Shown: piece after piece, positions 61,851 through 64,000 of the stretch
How the letters are laid out: each line of letters begins with the position of its first letter
How positions within the stretch are numbered: the stretch's first letter is position 1
NCBI RefSeq assembly: GCF_009834535.1
Contig: NC_045702.1
Coordinates: 59,520,001 to 59,584,000 of the forward strand
Direction of reading: 5' to 3'
DNA: 64,000 bases
Source: Camelus ferus
Lineage: Eukaryota
The notes under the pieces: model-generated
Seen by the model: the letters and a program-made list of their open reading frames with translations, nothing else
What the model was told of the DNA's origin: nothing
Databases searched by the model: none
Program-made: the position numbers and the translations under genes

Positions 61851-63707
61851 GGTGAGGCCAGCTCAGTGGTGTGGCACGTCCTCTCTGGTCCCCACCCAGC
61901 CTCTAACCTAGGTGCAGCCCTAACCCCAGGCCCGGCCGTGTCCCAAACCAAGGCAGAGACTGCCGTCACACCCGGGAGAGGCCCAGCTCCCTCAGGGCTC
62001 CTGCCTCAGCCCCTTGCCCTTGACCCCGCCCCAAAAGGGCCGAGATGGCCACTGAGCACAGGAGAGAGGAGCCCTGGCTCGTACCTTGGCTCTGCTGCAG
62101 CCCCTCCAGCTCCCAGCCCTGCTTCCAACCAAGGTGGTAGCTGCCAGCACACCCCGGAGAAGACGCAGCCCGTGCTCACTTCAGATCCACCCTCCCACCA
62201 GAGCCACTGGGCACATGCAGACTGCAGAGGGGTGCTCCCACTCAAGGACGTGTCTTTAGCACTGGGATAGGTAACTGTTCTCCCTAATTCCACGGAGAAA
62301 AAACAGAAAACAAAATTAGAAGACAGGAATATGTTTCAAATGAAAGAACAAGAAAAAACCCCTGAAAAAACCCCTAATGAAACAGGGATCATTAACTTAC
62401 CTGATAAGAGTTCCAAGCAACAGTAATAAGAATCCTAACTGAACTGGGGCAAGGGGTAGATGAACAGGGAGTTTTTACAAAGAACTAGAAAATATAAAAA
62501 AGAACCAGTCAGAACTGATAGTCACTGAAATGAAAAATACACTAGAAGGAAATAACAGATTAAGTGACAGAGGAGAACACATATATGATCTGGAAGATAG
62601 AGTAATGGAAGTCACCCAGTCAGAACAGCAAAAAGGAAAACATTTTAAAAAAGTGAGGATAGTTTGAGAAACCTCTGGGACAACAGCAAGGGTACTAGCA
62701 CTTGCATTATAGGGATCACAGAAGGAAAAGAGAGAGGGAGAAAGGGTAGAAAATCTATTTGCTGAAATTATTGCTGAAATATTCCAAAACCTGAAGAAGG
62801 AAATAGATATCCAGGTCCAGAAAGAACAGGGAGTCCCAAGCAAGGTGAACCCATTCAGACCCACACTGAGACATATCATAATTAAAATGGCGAAAGGTAA
62901 AGATAGAGAATTTTAAACACAGCAAGAGAAAAACAGAGTCACCCACAGGGGAACCCCCATAAGGACGTCAGCTGACTTTTCAGCAGAGACTTTGCAGGCC
63001 AGAAGAGAGTGGCATGATCTACTTAAAATGCTGAAATGCTACAACTGAGGGTACTCTACCCAGCAAGGTTATTTTTCACAATTAACAGAGAGATGAAGAG
63101 CTGCTCAGACAAGCAAAAACTGAGTTTATCAATACTAAACTGACCTTACAATAAGTGTTAAAGGGTCATCTTTAAGTGAAAAAGAAAAGGCTACAACAAG
63201 AAATAAAAAAAGTATAGGATGGGAAAAATCCCACTGGTAAAGGCAAGTATATAGTCCACGCTGTGGATCAAGCACTTAAATTAACTAGTATGAACTTTCA
63301 AAGAAAGTTGAAAAATCAACTAAACTACAATGAACAGCTAAGAGAGACATGAAGATATAAAATACTACAATAAACAGCTAAGAGAGACATGAAAATATAA
63401 AATATGACATCAAAAACAAAACATAGTAGTGGGGAGTAGAAAATGTAGATCTTATAGGATGGGTTTGAACTTACATGACTGTCAGTTGAAAACAAGTAGT
63501 TTTCAGGTCAACATATGTGAACTCCATTGTAACCACAAATCAAAAAGCTACAGTAGAGACACAAAAACTAGAGAGAGGAGCACAGATATATCACTAAAGA
63601 AAATCATCAGACCACAAGGGAAGAGACTGAAAAAGGAAGAAGAGAACAGAGAACTATAAAAGCAGCCAAAAACCAAAAAAACAAAATGGCAAACAACATA
63701 CCTATCA
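61851..63707 (+). mobile_element. L1 5'UTR + decayed ORF1 + inter-ORF spacer, ending at the ORF2 start
   Basis: GC-rich UTR, then ORF1-like aatatgtttcaaatgaaagaacaag...gaaatagatatccaggtccag...gctgactttcagcagagactttgcaggccagaagagagtggcatga; ends atggcaaacaacatacctatc. Confidence 0.88.
63325..63404. repeat. 40-bp tandem duplication, 2 mismatches
   Basis: ctacaatgaacagctaagagagacatgaagatataaaata followed by ctacaataaacagctaagagagacatgaaaatataaaata. Confidence 0.95.
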
Positions 63708-63760
63708 AAATAATGTTGCTGTGGATATTAAAATTCTAAAGCATGTTTTCTGTTATGTAT

Positions 63761-63782
63761 GTGTGTGTGTGTGTGTGTGTGT
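63761..63782. repeat. (GT)11 microsatellite
   Basis: Read directly. Confidence 0.95.
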
Positions 63783-64000
63783 ACCTACACACACATGCTC
63801 CCCCCACCATGTATGTGTGTGTTTACACACATGTTTCTGTGAGATGCACTTACGATTGAAATTGCTGGACCTGTGCTTGTGTGTGTGTTCAGTTGTAGTA
63901 GATATCACCAAGCAGTTTTCTAAAGCAGTTCACAGGTTGCATTTGCTCCACATTTAGCCAACACTTGTAATTTCTTTTTAATTATCTTGTGTATGAATGG

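Larger units (their letters stand above)
28054..64000 (+). other. SLC25A13: SLC25A13 intronic sequence (intron 1, possibly also the start of intron 2)
   Basis: Follows the GT donor; no visible match to exon 2 (VALTKRADPAEL...) found by eye in the readable sequence. Confidence 0.75.
61420..64000 (-). mobile_element. Old L1 (L1ME/MB-like) host element, split by a + strand L1 (host pieces 61420-61850 and 63708-64000)
   Basis: Antisense 3'UTR (tttattgaggtataa...ttcatccacgttgtcgtgtgtag), resuming after the insert with gaaattgctgga...ttttctaaagcag. Confidence 0.7.

Noticed and set aside
61797-62879. 157-aa (+) and 134-aa (-) ORFs
   Set aside because: They lie in the L1 5'UTR and antisense to decayed ORF1; typical L1 by-products.
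1-64000. tRNA, rRNA, snRNA, CRISPR arrays, NUMTs, intact transposase or retroviral genes
   Set aside because: None recognised by eye; the sequence is mammalian, so prokaryote-type systems are not expected.

Overview
Mammalian genomic DNA, probably a camelid or other cetartiodactyl. This rests on the style of the young L1 3' ends and the absence of Alu, Bov-A/BovB and PRE-1 SINEs, and is an inference. The anchor is a CpG island (~27.6-28.5 kb) holding the promoter and 15-nt first coding exon (MAVAK|gtaagc) of SLC25A13 (citrin, mitochondrial aspartate/glutamate carrier 2) on the + strand. Everything to its right is SLC25A13 intronic sequence; exon 2 was not visible and may lie in the N-run at 54530-54677. 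Much of the window is old and young transposon relics (L1, L2, MIR, MLT1/MLT2/ERV1 LTRs, hAT MITEs), and there are 12 N-runs. Most ORF-track entries are chance ORFs in repeats or ORFs spanning Ns. Best leads: (1) three phase-compatible minus-strand exons (2852-2739, 1691-1646, 610-524) that splice into an unrecognised open frame of at least 81 codons, divergent from SLC25A13; (2) a 68-bp locally templated insertion inside an MLT1B LTR; (3) an L1 with only 5'UTR+ORF1 yet flanked by a TSD-like duplication; (4) several candidate regulatory motif clusters. All calls were made by eye without alignment tools, so repeat subfamily names and most repeat boundaries are approximate.
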